A program made the position numbers and the translations under genes. The notes below the pieces were generated by a model. The model worked only from the letters and a program-made list of their open reading frames with translations, was not told the origin of the DNA and made no database searches. A stretch of 64,000 nucleotides of DNA from Octopus vulgaris. Its lineage: Eukaryota. The first letter of the stretch is position 1. Each line of letters starts with the position of its first letter. Below, piece by piece: positions 50,629 through 63,465 of this stretch. The DNA lies in contig OX597833.1 of NCBI GenBank assembly GCA_951406725.2, positions 56,420,001-56,484,000 on the forward strand, in the 5' to 3' direction.

Positions 50629-50852
50629 CCCTTTAATATTCATACCGGTAATATCTGGCCCATAATATTCTCTCTGTTTTATGTTCAGGCCAGCCAGATC
50701 CAGCTTCTCACACCTGCTCTATAATGTCAGTTTAAAATTAAATGGTCACATCATCAAAACTTTGAAGCCAAGAGATAATGCAGAATTAATTTTAAAAAAC
50801 TATGTGATTAAACAAGCATCACGTCTGACAGAGTAATCTGAATGCTAGAGAG
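50629..50852. mobile_element. piggyBac-like MITE
   Basis: TTAA|CCCTTTAATATTCA ... TGAATGCTAGAGAG|TTAA, degenerate TIRs. Confidence 0.55.
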
Positions 50853-51223
50853 TTAAGAGAAGAAAGACAGTTAACTCTGATTGGGCTTAAAATCAGATCT
50901 TTGAAGGGCTGGGGGAAAAAAAAACTAAATACAGTAGAGTACATTATTATATATGGGGGTTCTACTCTTTCACATCCCCTTTGAATCCTAGTATTTAACC
51001 TTAACAACAATAAAACAAGCACTACAATAACAACACTGATGACAACAGGGCTGGGTTTTTTTCTTCTTTAATTATTCTTTTTATTTATTCATGAAATTGT
51101 AATTTTAGAATTCCACATGAATGTTACAAAATTCCTCGTTTTGTTTAACGAATTTTTTTTCTAGTTGTTGGTGCTAGACCACACCTAAATTCCACTGAGC
51201 TGTGTGTGTTTTCTCTTTATTGC

Positions 51224-51224
<1 letters not shown>

Positions 51225-51277
<53 letters not shown>

Positions 51278-51301
51278 ATTATTATTATTATTATTATCAT
51301 T

Positions 51302-51342
<41 letters not shown>

Positions 51343-51345
51343 TAT
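51225..51345. repeat. Compound (TTA)n(TCA)n trinucleotide repeat
   Basis: Directly visible. Confidence 0.95.
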
Positions 51346-51934
51346 TTCCTCTTCTTCTCCAAGACTGGAATGTGTCAGAAGGAAACCAATTTGAGACTTT
51401 CTATTCAATACTATAAAAATGTTCCATATAACACCCTCCCGAAAAATAGCTAAGGTCCAGATCTCGTTTCAAGATAGTTGTTCCAGACACCAAACACAGA
51501 CAAACTAAACATTTAATATGAATGTTTTTTTCCCCACTTTTCATTTCACAAAATTTCAGAAATGTTTTTATTTCTTTTTTTATTTTTTATTTTTTCCTTC
51601 TTTAATTAAAATTAAATATTAGATTAAATGAATCAGATAAAATGTTTACGGTATTAATACAAATATTCTGTTTGTAAGCATTGGACTAAATGATTACGCC
51701 GCTATAATTGTTTATAGCCCTGGGTCAACATTGATTAAGAAGAACTATAACCAAAAGCTTTCCAACCATGTCCATCCCATCTGTTATTCTGGCATAGTGT
51801 TATCTGGGACTATATTATCTAAAGTGTTCTTCCTTTTAAAAAAAACAGGGAGATTTGGCTGTCAATTTTAGTGGATTAAACAACTATGTGTGGAGGCGCA
51901 ATGGCCCAGTGGTTAGGGCAGTGGACTTGCAGTA

Positions 51935-52975
51935 TGCCAAGTGACATCACTGTGTTTGCTTTGCAGTGTGTATGCTGTAGTCTGGACAGGAACGAAGAGC
52001 CAACATGAAATTTTGCATTAAACTTGGGAAGTCTGCCATAGAGATATCAAGCATGCTTCGGCTAGCTTATGGCAATGAAGCAATGGGTTGTATGCAATGT
52101 TCCAAGTGGCATGGGCACATCAAATGGAGAACATTCCTTGGAAGATGGTGAACGATCTGGAAGACCTGCCGTGAGCGTCACCCCTGGAAATATCGAGAGT
52201 TTTACTGCAACGTTTTGGAGCATTTGGGGAAGTGCATTCGGTGAAAGCGACCAGATTTGTGGAGCATCAAAAATTGGATTCTTCATGACGACAATGCACC
52301 CTGTCACTGAGCTCTCCTCACGCATGAGTTTGTTGCCAGAAACAACATGTTATTGCTTCTGCACCTACCCTCTTTGCCAGATTTAGCACCTGCAGACTTC
52401 CACCTCTTCCTCAAGGTGAAAATGCAGCTCAGAGGTTGCCATTTTAAAACTGTCCTCGAGAGCCAGAGCAAATTGCAGAAGGTCCTCAACTTGCTTACAG
52501 AAAATGACTGCCAGGCTGGATTCCAAAAATGGTAGGAAAGCTAAGACTGGTGCATTGCTGTGCAAGGTGACTATTTCAAAGGATATGATGTTAAAACTTT
52601 GGTAAAGGTAAAGAGGAGGCGCAATGGCCCAGTGGTTAGGGCGGCAAACTGACAGTTGGAGGATCGTGGTTTCAATTCCCAGACCGGGCGTTGTGCATGT
52701 TTATTGAGCGAAAACACCTAAAGCTCCACGAGGCGACCCCTGTTGTACTCTTTCACCACAACTTTCTCTCACTCTTTCTTCATGTTTCTTGAGTAACGCT
52801 GCGATGGACTGGCGTCCGGTCCAGCTGGGGGGAACACATATGCCACAGAAACCGGGAAACCGGGCTCATGAGCCTGGCTAGGCTTGAAAAGGGTGCATAT
52901 AAAAAAAATTAATAAAGGTAAATAAGTTATTTTAATTAAGCATAATTAGTCCTACAACTTTTTGATACCACCCTG
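51935..52975 (+). mobile_element. Internally deleted mariner transposon remnant with a SINE inserted near its 3' end
   Basis: Fragments ERRANMKFCIKLGKSA...LEDGERSGRP (HTH), WILHDDNAPCH, SLPDLAPADFHLF and CIAVQGDYFKG. Right end ...ACCACCCTG|TA. Confidence 0.85.
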
Positions 52976-53268
52976 TATATATATATATATAGAGAGAGAG
53001 ATAAACAGATCCAAGCTGACAGTAGAAGAGTAATTGGGTAAGAGAGAATGAGAGAGAGGGGGGGAAGGGGGAGATGTTGGAAGGGGTACATAACTGTCAT
53101 TGTTTAGTTGCAAGGTCAATTAATAAGGTCAACTCACTCCTACTCTTTCATTCATTATCTGTCTGTATGTCTGTCTGTGAAGTTTTCTGTCTCTCTCACC
53201 CTCTGTCCGCCTGTCTGTTTGTCAATCAGCCCATCTATGTTATTGTGTATCATGACAGTTAGAACTGT

Positions 53269-54240
53269 TTTGTTTTTGTTCCTTCTCGAGCCATGCCTGG
53301 CTCATAAGGGCCGGTTTCCCAGTTTCCTTGGTGTATAGGTCCCCCACCTGGATGGGACGCCAGTCCATCACAGGTGAGCTGCAAGATGCAGGAGGAAAGA
53401 GTGAGAGAAAGTTGTGGCGAAAGAATCAGCAGAAGTTCACCATTACCTTCTGCCAGAGCCGTTTAGAACTTAGGTGTTTCGCTCATAAACACACTCATCG
53501 CCCGGTCTGAGATTCAAACCCGTGATCCCTTGACCGTGAGTCCGCTCGAGCCATGCCTGGCTCATAAGGGCTGGTTTCCCGGTTTCTTGGCGAATAGGTT
53601 CCCCACCTGAACGGGACGCCGGTCCATCGCAGGTGAGCTGCAAGATGCAGGAGGAAAGAGTGAGAGAAAGTTGTGGGGAAAGAGTCAGCAGAGGTTTGCC
53701 ATTACCTTCTGCCGGAGCTGCATGGAGCTTAGGTGCTTTCGCTCATAAACACACACATCGCCCGGTCTGAGATTCGAACTCGCGATCCCTCGACCATGAG
53801 TCCGCTGCTCTAACCACTAGCCCATATGCCTCCACAGTTAGAACTGTGACAGTGGATGGAAGCACTCCGTCGGTTACGACGATGAGGGTTCCGGTTGATC
53901 CAAATCAACGGAACAGCCTGCTCGTGAAATTAACGTGTAAGTGGCTGAGCACTCCACAGACACGTGCACCCTTAACGTAGTTCTCGGGGATATTCAGCGT
54001 GACACAGAGAGTGACAAGGCCGGCCCCTTGAAATACAGGTACAACAGAAACAGGAAGTAAGAGTGAGAGAAAGTTGTGGTGAAAGAGTACAGCAGGGATC
54101 ACCACCATCCCCTGCCGGAGCCTCGTGGAGCTTTTTAGGTGTTTTCACTCAATAAACACTCACAACGCCCGGTCTGAGATTCGAACCTGTGATCCCTCGA
54201 CCGTGAGTCCGCTGCTCTAACTACTAGGCCATGTGCCTCC
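53269..54240 (-). mobile_element. SINE dimer plus adjacent chimeric SINE sharing a triplicated target site
   Basis: ACAGTTAGAACTGT occurs at 53255, 53834 and 54241. Confidence 0.82.
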
Positions 54241-55032
54241 ACAGTTAGAACTGTGACAGTAAGCAATTGACAATCTGTGTTCAAGTATTCTCTTCTAAAA
54301 CACAGTACAGGAACGAAAATTATCTGTCTGTCTGTCTATCAATCTGTCTGTGTGTCCGTCAATTCATCTTTCTACATTTAAATGTATTGTAATAACCATG
54401 GCAAGGAACAATTGACAAGCTTTGTTCAAGTAACCACTTCTAAAACAAAATAATGGAATGAAGATTACCAGCTTCCACTTTATTACCAAAATTCATTTAG
54501 TACAAGGTCTAGTGTATGAGTGAAGGCAAGTAGCCCATTGTTTAGAGGCGTCTAGCTCATGATCACAAGGTTGTGGATTCAGTTCTTTGACGAGGTAGAG
54601 AATGACATCCTTGAGCAAGACACTTCATTCCGTGTTGCTTCAGTCTACTTAGCTGCAATGAGTACCAGTCCTATACTAGTGCAGACACTGCCCTTTCTCT
54701 CTCACACTCTCCCTTTCTAGCTGTCATGTCCAGGATGTTTCACAGAAATAAAAGTGAGGTGATTGATAGGGTATCTAAAGCTGCCCATGAGCACATAGGC
54801 ATTTAAAGCAATTAGCAAAAGCCTGGTACATGTCACCAAACCATATTCACTTGTGAAAAATGGCTGGCTGAGTATGTAATACGTAGGTGTGAGTGTGTGC
54901 ATGTATTTTCAAGTAAGTATGTATTTCCACACACACACACACATGTGGATGTATTTAAGGGTGTGTGTGTATAACAATCCTATAGATTCATCAAAACCCA
55001 AAAAGTGACATAGGCTTGGTGTGTATATTAAA

Positions 55033-56732
55033 TAAAAATTTATCTTATTATTTTTATTCGTTGTTACTACGTTTATTCATACATTGTTACGAAAATTTAA
55101 CCTTTTAGGCTACTTTCAAGCCTTCGCCATAACTTGATTTATCTTTCCTATCTCTCTCTCTACAAAATTTAACCTTAGGCTGCCTCAAGCCGTAATCCCA
55201 TCTTTTCCCATCTTTCCGCCATTGGCGGTCTTTTTCCTCCTCTTCTTCTTCTTATGCTAAAACTTGAAAATCGCCATTACCATTACGATTCTGCAATTTA
55301 AATTCCCAGTTCAACTTACTTTCTTCTTCAATTTCAACTCCCGCTCGATGCCCGCAGCAAGTTCTTAAAAATTTATCTTATTATTTTTATTCGTTGTTAC
55401 TACGTTTATTCATACATTGTTACGGAAATTTAACCTTTTAGGCTACTTTCAAGCCTTCGCCATAACTTGATTTATCTTTCCTATCTCTCTCTCTACAAAA
55501 TTTAACCTTAGGCTACCTCAAGCCGTAATCCCATCTCTTCCCATCTTTCCGCCATTGGCGGTGCGCCCGCCCCCCCACCACCAATACCGATGAACACCAA
55601 TACCGATGAACACTGTTCTCACCCCCACCACCAATACCGATGAACACTGTTCTCACCCCCACCACCAATACCGGTGAACACTGTTCTCACCGCCACCACC
55701 ACCAATACCGGTGAACACTGTTCTCACCCCCCACCACCAATACCAGTATACCCTGTTCTCACCATCTACACCGGATACGCCTTACTCATCTACACCGAGT
55801 ACGCCCTACTCCCTCCTCCTCCCCCCACTACCCCTTCTCCTCATATGCTTTCACTGTGAAAAGACAAGCTGCTAGCGCCATAGCTCATCAACTGCCCACC
55901 GATCTTACGCTTCCTCCTGACACTGCCTCATTCCGACCATCCCCTTTAGTACCCTCCCGCCTCGTAATATCCTACGTTTTTATTTCTTAGGAACCTACAC
56001 CAACCCTTCCTGCCATCGTTCCTCCTTACCCCAACCTTCCCCACTGGTTGCTCCCCTATATTACCCGCCTCAACTGGACCCCCCCCCTCCCCAACTCAAC
56101 TCTAGAATATCTGTATTTCTTTCCTCTACCTAATTACGTTACTCAGTGACGATAACGAATGTCTTTATTTCTCAGGAACCTACACCAACCCTTCCTGCCA
56201 TCGTTCCTCCTTACCCCAACCTTCCCCACTGGTTGCTCCCCTATATTACCCGCCTCAACTGGACCCTCCCCTCCCCAACTCAACTCTAGAATATCTGTAT
56301 TTCTTTCCTCTACCTAATTACGTTACTCAGTGACGATAAATGCTGTGACTACAAAGACCCGGGCTGCTTTCTGCAGCAATTCCACATACCCCCTACCCAT
56401 TCTAAGTACCCCGGATCCCCAAAGTACCCTGGATCCCCAAAGTACCCCGATCCCCAAAGTACCCCGGACCTCGTTGCCCCCGTGCCGCTGACACGTTAAA
56501 ATGCTCGAACCGATCGTGACGATGCCGGACCCTCCGGCCCCTGTGCAGGTGGCACGTAAAAAGCACCCAATCCACTCACGGAGTGGTTGGCGTTAGGAAG
56601 GGCATCCAGCCGTAGAAACTCTGCCAGATTCAGACTGGAGCCTGGTGCGGCCCCTGGCTTCCCAGACCCGGTCAAACCGTCCAACCCGTGCTAGCGCGGA
56701 AAGCGGACGTTAAACGATGATGATGATGATGA

Positions 56733-56735
<3 letters not shown>
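55033..56735 (+). mobile_element. Composite non-coding element built from nested direct repeats, ending in the RTE 3' UTR and (GAT)n tail
   Basis: 197-bp repeat (55033-55229, 55366-55562), ~34-bp units (55574-55760), ~177-bp repeat (55979-56155, 56164-56339), ~19-bp units (56404-56468), then the RTE tail. Confidence 0.6.
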
Positions 56736-56776
<41 letters not shown>

Positions 56777-56831
56777 GTATACATACATACATACACATAT
56801 ATATATGTATATATATATATATACATATACA

Positions 56832-57718
56832 CAGGATGCGGTGAATAAACTGTTATCTAACTTACGCAAAACTGAAAATAATGCTGACATCTCATTTTAA
56901 CAGATATATTTACCAAAATTAAATTAAAATATCTTGAAATACTAAAGAGTAAATTTATTCAATAAATTCGCCATTGGCTTCAACCACGGCCTCCAGACGA
57001 CTTTGGAATCTCATGCAGCTCTTCTGGATGGTCTTTTTGTTTAAGTTGGTAAATGCTGCCATAATCCTTGCCGTCAGTTCATCTTTGGTGTTACAAGGAA
57101 TTTTGTTGGTCTCTCGCTCAACTGCACCCCACACATAATAATCAAGGGAGTTACAGTCTGGGGAGTTAGGTGGCCAGATGTTAGGGGTGATGTGGTCGCA
57201 GAAATTGTATGACAGCCATGACTGGGTTCTCCTGCTTCTGTGGCATGGTGCAGAGTCCTGTTGCCAGACATTGGGTCTTCCAGCAGCCACCCTCTTGATC
57301 CAGGGCAGCACTATCTCCTCCAGGCACTTGAATTAGGCCTCTGTGTTAAGTCTGAGGCCGTGTAGGAAGATGAACGGAGGCATAACGTCACCATCACTAA
57401 TGATCACTGCAAACACCATAAAGTTGACTGGATGTTTGATTTTTATCACTCTTGGTACATGTTTTGGGGTTACAGCAAACACTCTGATTGAGACCCAGAC
57501 ACTCAGAAATAATTGTATTGGAGCTTCCAGGGTGAATGCCAAGCAGTACAGCATGTCGCTTCCAAATTTCTGGTAGAGTAAATTGCATCAGGGTGCTATT
57601 TTTCTGACAGACAGTGCCCAACTGACCCTACTATACTGTGAAGTCAACAAAATCAAAAACAACGTGCATACATGAAATTAAAAATATAAAATGGTGACAA
57701 TTTACCCATTGCAACCTG
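56832..57718 (-). mobile_element. Internally deleted Tc1/mariner-superfamily element, DD37D (maT-like)
   Basis: WQQDSAPCH...WPPNSPDCNSLDYYVWG has 37 residues between the last two catalytic Asp. Degenerate TIRs CAGGATGCGGTGAATAAACTGTTATC and GTGACAATTTACCCATTGCAACCTG. Confidence 0.85.
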
Positions 57719-57981
57719 ATGATTTCTTTTGAATGAAACAGTTCTAGTCCTGTAGAAGCTCCTTCTATAAAATAAATTAATTTACTCTGCTATGTATTGA
57801 GTACCTTATTTACTGTGGTTAACCCCGACTCAACCCAGGACCTACATATATATATATATATAAATAAGTATAAGACCATTATTTAAAATACCAATCTTAT
57901 CAGGTGGCTAGCATGGGAATAAAAACCTCAAATGTAATAATTAATTATTAAAATTATAATTAAGGGTCTCAGCAATATCTA

Positions 57982-58532
57982 TTTTTTTTGCGCTAGGCCA
58001 CTGGTAATAAAAAATTTCTATAATTCTTATTACCCTAATATTACTTATTAGGTTTAAATGATTTTTGATAAATTTATTCGAGGTTTTTACCAGCATCCTC
58101 TCTGTTGCTGGAAATAAGCTGTGTCTGATAGGTGGATTTGAAAAGTTAGAATGTACAAATAATAAGTTTACATGTGGAATCAATCTCGTTGTGTGTATAT
58201 TTGAAATCTAAAGGCTACCTACTGATGAAGACTGGCCTCAGTAAATCTTTTATTTTACTGAAATAAGTCAGAAAGCATGGTCAAGGAACTAAATTAGATG
58301 GTAAAAGTTTTTAATTTTCTTTCCTTCGAGAATTTATCCCTAATTAGTGGTTTGAGTTGTTTACTGCTCTTTCTAGCGCAAGGCTTTCCTATGATGGAAG
58401 CCTCTTAATGTGTTTTAATGTATACGATATTTCATATGAATAATATATAGTCTATTGGCTAATTTTTTTTTGCGCCAGGCCACTGGTAATAAAAAATTTC
58501 TATAATTCTTATTACCCTAATATTACTTATTA
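57982..58532 (+). mobile_element. Second terminally redundant hammerhead-containing unit (482-bp period)
   Basis: 57982-58050 is repeated at 58464-58532 with 1 mismatch. HHR-like motif at 58218-58286. Confidence 0.65.
58218..58286 (+). ncRNA. Degenerate type I hammerhead motif with extended stem II
   Basis: CCTA-CTGATGA-A-GACT-GGCC-TCAGTAAA-TCTTTTA-TTTTACTGA-AATA-AGTC-A-GAAA-GCATG-GTC-AAGG. Mismatches at the base of stems I and III. Confidence 0.55.
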
Positions 58533-58816
58533 TGTTTATATACATATGTATATACATACATACACACACACACTCCCACACACATAAACAAATATATATA
58601 TACACACATACACACAAAAAAAAAGAGACAAAGAGAGAAGGGTTAAGGAGAAGGCAAGACAAAGAATAACGTTTAAGTAACAGTTTGTAACACAATCTTT
58701 AGTTTTGGCTGTCGATTTATATTGTTCATTTTTTTCCCTTCTCATTCAAATATTCATTTCTAACATTGACACAAGGCCACACACATCTTGTATATATAAA
58801 TATATATGCACATATG

Positions 58817-58849
<33 letters not shown>

Positions 58850-59662
58850 ATACATATGTGCACACACATATGTATGCATGTATATGTATATATGTATGTA
58901 TGTATGTATATGTATATGTACATATAAATATGTATATATATATATATTTGTACATATATATATACATATATATATATTTGTACATATATATATATATATA
59001 TACCCACTACACTCTTGGAGTGGTTGGCGTTAGGAAGGGCATCCAGCTGTAGAAACTCTGCCAGATCAGATTGGAGACAGGTGCAGCCATCTGGTTCCCC
59101 AGTCCTCAATCAAATCGTCCAACCCATGCTTGCATGGTAAGTGGACATTAAATGATGATGATGATGATGATATATATATATATATATTTTACATACACAT
59201 ACACATGTGTTTGTGTGTGAAAATGTTAACAAAACTGAGATGTAAACAAGAGATATTATAAAGTTTGAGAAATATCCTGTACAATATATAGTTTCCATAC
59301 CTATTGTTTGGCACCAAACTGAAAGAAGCCCGTCGTATATGTGTGTGTGTGTGTGTGTTTGTCTGTGTTTGTCTCCCCAACATTGATTGACAACCGATGC
59401 TGGAGTGTTTATGTCCCCGTAACCTAACAGTTCGGCAAGAGAGACCAATAGAATAAGTACTGGGCTTACAAAGAATAAGTCTTGGGGTTGATTTGCTCGA
59501 CTAAAAGGTGGTGCTCCAGCATGGCCGCAGTCAAATGACTGAAACAAGTAAAAGAGTAAAAGAGAGAGTATACATGCATATATGGGTACAGGATGTCACC
59601 AACGGTGCAAATAATATGAACTATGTAAAGAAATGGGTTAAATATATAAACAACAATGGTGT

Positions 59663-59795
59663 GAGCGGTTTAGCCTATTGGTTCAGAGCACCACCACGCG
59701 TAATCACGGAGGTGTGAGTTCGAATCTCATAGCCAGCCACCAACACTTTTAACGGTGGTACATCAGCATGGCCGCAGCTCTGAGCTGAAACTACA
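59663..59795 (+). mobile_element. Short tRNA-derived SINE-like element
   Basis: A box TAGCCTATTGG, B box GAGTTCGAATC, then a CAGCATGGCCGCAG...CTGAAAC tail shared with the abundant SINE family. Confidence 0.55.
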
Positions 59796-60552
59796 GGAAA
59801 AAAACAAGAAAATATGGAAAGCAGGACAAGTAAACACAGAGAAAGGACCCGTCATTAGTTGTTGGTTGTCTATCTACTCCTCATATCGAGCATCTAACGA
59901 CAATATGAGTGTTCAAAGACAGTTGCTCCTACAAATTCTAAAATAAAATTTAGGATTTATGGAGGGTCAAAGTTGGGAACAAAAACATGACAGTGGAGAC
60001 ATACCAGGAAACCGAACAAAACCAAACATGGAGGGTCGTTAGACCAGAATGAGAGGAAAAAAGTGAACACTGGGAGAAACATTTTTTTTGAAAAGAGAAA
60101 AGATAGAAGAGAGAGATATATATCAACATTAGCAGCATCTCATGTAATGTTCACTTTTCCATGCATGTAGGGACCAGATGGAACTTTGATGAAGATTTCC
60201 AATGCTTGATGCCTTTCTTGTCACTAAACTTTAGCTGTTTTCAAGTATGGTAATACTTCCCCGTGGCTGACAAGTTTCTCATGGGAAACAGAAATGAACA
60301 GCATTGCTTGTATGATGGTGATGCTAATTCGCAACCATCACATGATGTCAAAACAAGAGTACACACACACATATATAAATATATATCATATATATATGAT
60401 GATGATGATGATGATGATATATATATATATATATTACATAATAAAACATATGGTATACACTGGGTAGCTTACCAGTAAGACACATTAACTTTCAACGTTT
60501 CTTGTGGTGATTAATAAATATTCTCATATCTTCCATTTCTCTCATTAACCAA

Positions 60553-60596
<44 letters not shown>

Positions 60597-60706
60597 ATAT
60601 AAATATATATATATATAGGGAGAGTTTACGAAAAAAACAAAAGACGAAGACAGGTGGTGTACAAAACAAACAGATGTATTAGTATAACGCTCAGGAATAG
60701 AAAAAG

Positions 60707-60743
60707 TATTTTACGTTTCGAGCCTATGCTCTTCCACAGAAAG
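60707..60743 (-). ncRNA. Variant minimal hammerhead-like motif
   Basis: Minus strand reads CTTT-CTGTGGA-A-GAGC-ATAG-GCTC-GAAAC-GTA-AAAT. Same family as 26205-26240. Confidence 0.45.
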
Positions 60744-61214
60744 AAACAAGGAGATATATCATACACATACATACATATGATAGGATTCCTTTAGTTTCCA
60801 TCTGCCAAATCCACTCACAAAGCTTTGTTTTAAGGATATACCTTACCCATGTCCCACAGTGGGACTTTGCAAGAGACAACATGGTTGGGAGTCAGCTTCA
60901 TAACCATACAGCAGGAAGTAACATTTACTTGGCCTGGACTTTTAGCATGCTGTGGTTACATGACCAAACCATTTCATTTTTTGGCTTTTTAACAATTGAT
61001 AAAAGAGGTCTGTGGTTTACAGTATTCCTCCAAAATCATTTTCCTAACATTCTTATTAGTTTGATATTCTACACATGGAATGCAGAGCATCTTTCTATAA
61101 CATTTCATTTCAAAGGGCATGATCTCTTTATCTCTCTTTCAGCATCTAACATACATGATTCACACCCATAAAGTGCAGCTGAAATTGTGATTGCTCTTAA
61201 GAAAGAAAAAAAAA

Positions 61215-61246
<32 letters not shown>

Positions 61247-62073
61247 AAGAAAGAAAATGAACTATTGTTGTTATTGTAATCTTATTATTTTTTTCCCCAA
61301 GCAGTGTATCGTTTTACTGAAGCAATTGTAGTTGCTGCAAGCTGATATTTAACTTCTGATATTAACATTACAGTTTAAAATTTCCCCCAATTACATACAT
61401 GCCTTAGCATGTAATATGGGGTAAGTTTTTCGGAATTTCACCTTTATTAAGATGTTATCATAAATTATCTGAATTACAAATATAAATTCAAATTCAACGT
61501 TGTAAATGTTAATCGTTGTTGAGGTCTGTAATGGAGAGGGGTAAATAAATGTTTGTGAAGTTTCGGCATAAGTGTATTTAGATGGGTTTTATGATAAGCA
61601 AAGTGTAAATTCATTAACCCTTCTGTTTCCGTATTTCTGTTTGACTACATTGGTTTTGTTTCAATTAACTTTGAAATTAATGAAATATTTACTAAAATGA
61701 TATTGTTATATTTCGGAATGGTCATTTTGCCAGTTGAGCCAATAAAAACACACGCACTATATATTTGGTGTTACTTTGCTTCAGTGTTATTCATTTTTAC
61801 ATTAATCTTAATCTTATTTTGGCCAGAGTTCTTTTGTCACACTCCTGTGACTGCATCAGTGGTCCTTTGTTTTCTTCTTTCTTATTTGTGTCTCTCCTTA
61901 CTAACCGTCAGCCACTTTGTATTTCTATTGTATGTGTCTTCATTTGCGCATGCTTATATCTCTATGTGCATGTATGTTTATTTAGTGTGTGTATGTGGGG
62001 GGGATGCCTGTAATATTTGTATCTTCTGTTTATATACTAAAATAACTTTTGTCGTTATTAAGCTGCTGTTCAA

Positions 62074-62462
62074 TCTTATATATAAAGCAGAAGTTGTCTG
62101 TGTATGGCAGGTTTGGTAGCCTTCAACTAACACTATCTCCTCCGAGACCCTGTGGCGCAAGTTCACCAAAGTTGAGAGTATGATAGAAGAAGACTTGCTC
62201 TTCATTCCGTAGAAGATAAAATTCAAATTGGACCATGTTAAGACCAAAAGTTATCTACATCAAAAAGTGCTTTTTCCTATGAAAATCCCTATTTTTTTTA
62301 CGATTTTTTTACTGCTGTGTCCCTATTTTTCGGTGTATTTCAACCAGAAAAATGTTCACTTAAAGAGAATAACAAGCTACATAATGCAAAATTTTTACTT
62401 TTCAAAAATTCCAATTCTAAAGGGTCAAAACAAACCCGAGGAACGCCGGCCGATACTGCTAG
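62074..62462 (+). mobile_element. Non-autonomous Helitron-like element
   Basis: A|TCTTATATATAAAG ... CCCGAGGAACGCCGG...CTAG|T with no TSD. Nested in a piggyBac-like MITE (about 61618-62567). Confidence 0.78.
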
Positions 62463-63247
62463 TATATATTAAAATTAAATTTTGTTGGAAGTTTTTAATT
62501 AAGATCACTTCAAAATGGAAAATTGTATAATGGAACCAAGTGTGGCTTCAGGTTGGTATCAAAAGGGTTCAATATAATGATGTAAGGAATTTGGGGATAA
62601 AAAAATCTTTTTTTTTTTTGTTTATAGGAGTGGCTGTGTGGTAAGTAGCTTGCTTACCAACCACATGGTTCTGGGTTCAGTCCCACTGTGTGACACCTTG
62701 GGCAAGTGTCTTCTACTATAGCCTCGGGCCGACCAAAGCCTTGTAAGTGGGTTTGGTAGACGGAAATTGAAAGAAGCCCGTCGTATATATATATATGTGT
62801 GTGTGTGTGTCTGTGTTTGTCCCCCCAACATCGCTTGACAACCGATGCTGGTGTGTTTACGTCCCCGTAACTTAGCAGTTCGGCAAAAGAGACCAAGAGA
62901 ATAAGTACTAGGCTTACAAAGAATAATTCCTGGGGTCGATTTGCTCGACTAAAAGTGGTGCTCCAGCATGGCCACAGTCAAATGACTGAAACATGTAAAA
63001 GAGAAAAAGAATTATATTTTTATTGGTATTTATTCAAAATATTCAAGAATTATATTGTGTATGCTTATAGAGATATATTTTTCTAACACTCACCTTCCAC
63101 ATTTTGGTAAGTAGCAGCAAAAAGGTTCAGTTATTAAGGTCCAAAGTCTCTTTCACTCTATTCTTGAAACCCACTTGCTCTTTCAACAACTTTTTAAAAT
63201 TCTTCCATTTTCCAACAGTTGTTCAACTGTCCCTCTACTGTCTAAAC

Positions 63248-63465
63248 CAGTGGTTCTCAACCAGGGTTCCGTGGAATCTTAGGATTCTGCCAGTACAGTC
63301 CAGGGGACCCGCAAGAAGTTACAAAACTGCTAAAATCGGCAGTAATTTTAAAGTCTCCTGTGCAGATATGTGTGCATAAGACTATTAAATTATTGCACAG
63401 GGGTTCCTTGAGCCAGTGGAATGTTTCCTTGGGGTTCCGCTCCAGCAAAATTTTGAAAAGCACTG
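63248..63465. mobile_element. hAT (Charlie-like) MITE
   Basis: TIRs CAGTGGTTCTCAA and TTGAAAAGCACTG. 8-bp TSD GTCTAAAC/GTCTAAGC. Confidence 0.82.

Noticed and set aside
55574-55760. Regularly spaced repeats resembling a CRISPR array
   Set aside because: The units are contiguous with no unique spacers, the context is eukaryotic and there are no cas genes.
59663-59740. tRNA gene (also the heads at 2779, 7181, 13272 and 43416)
   Set aside because: A and B boxes are present, but there is no proper cloverleaf or acceptor stem and each continues into repeat body or tail, so they are SINE heads.
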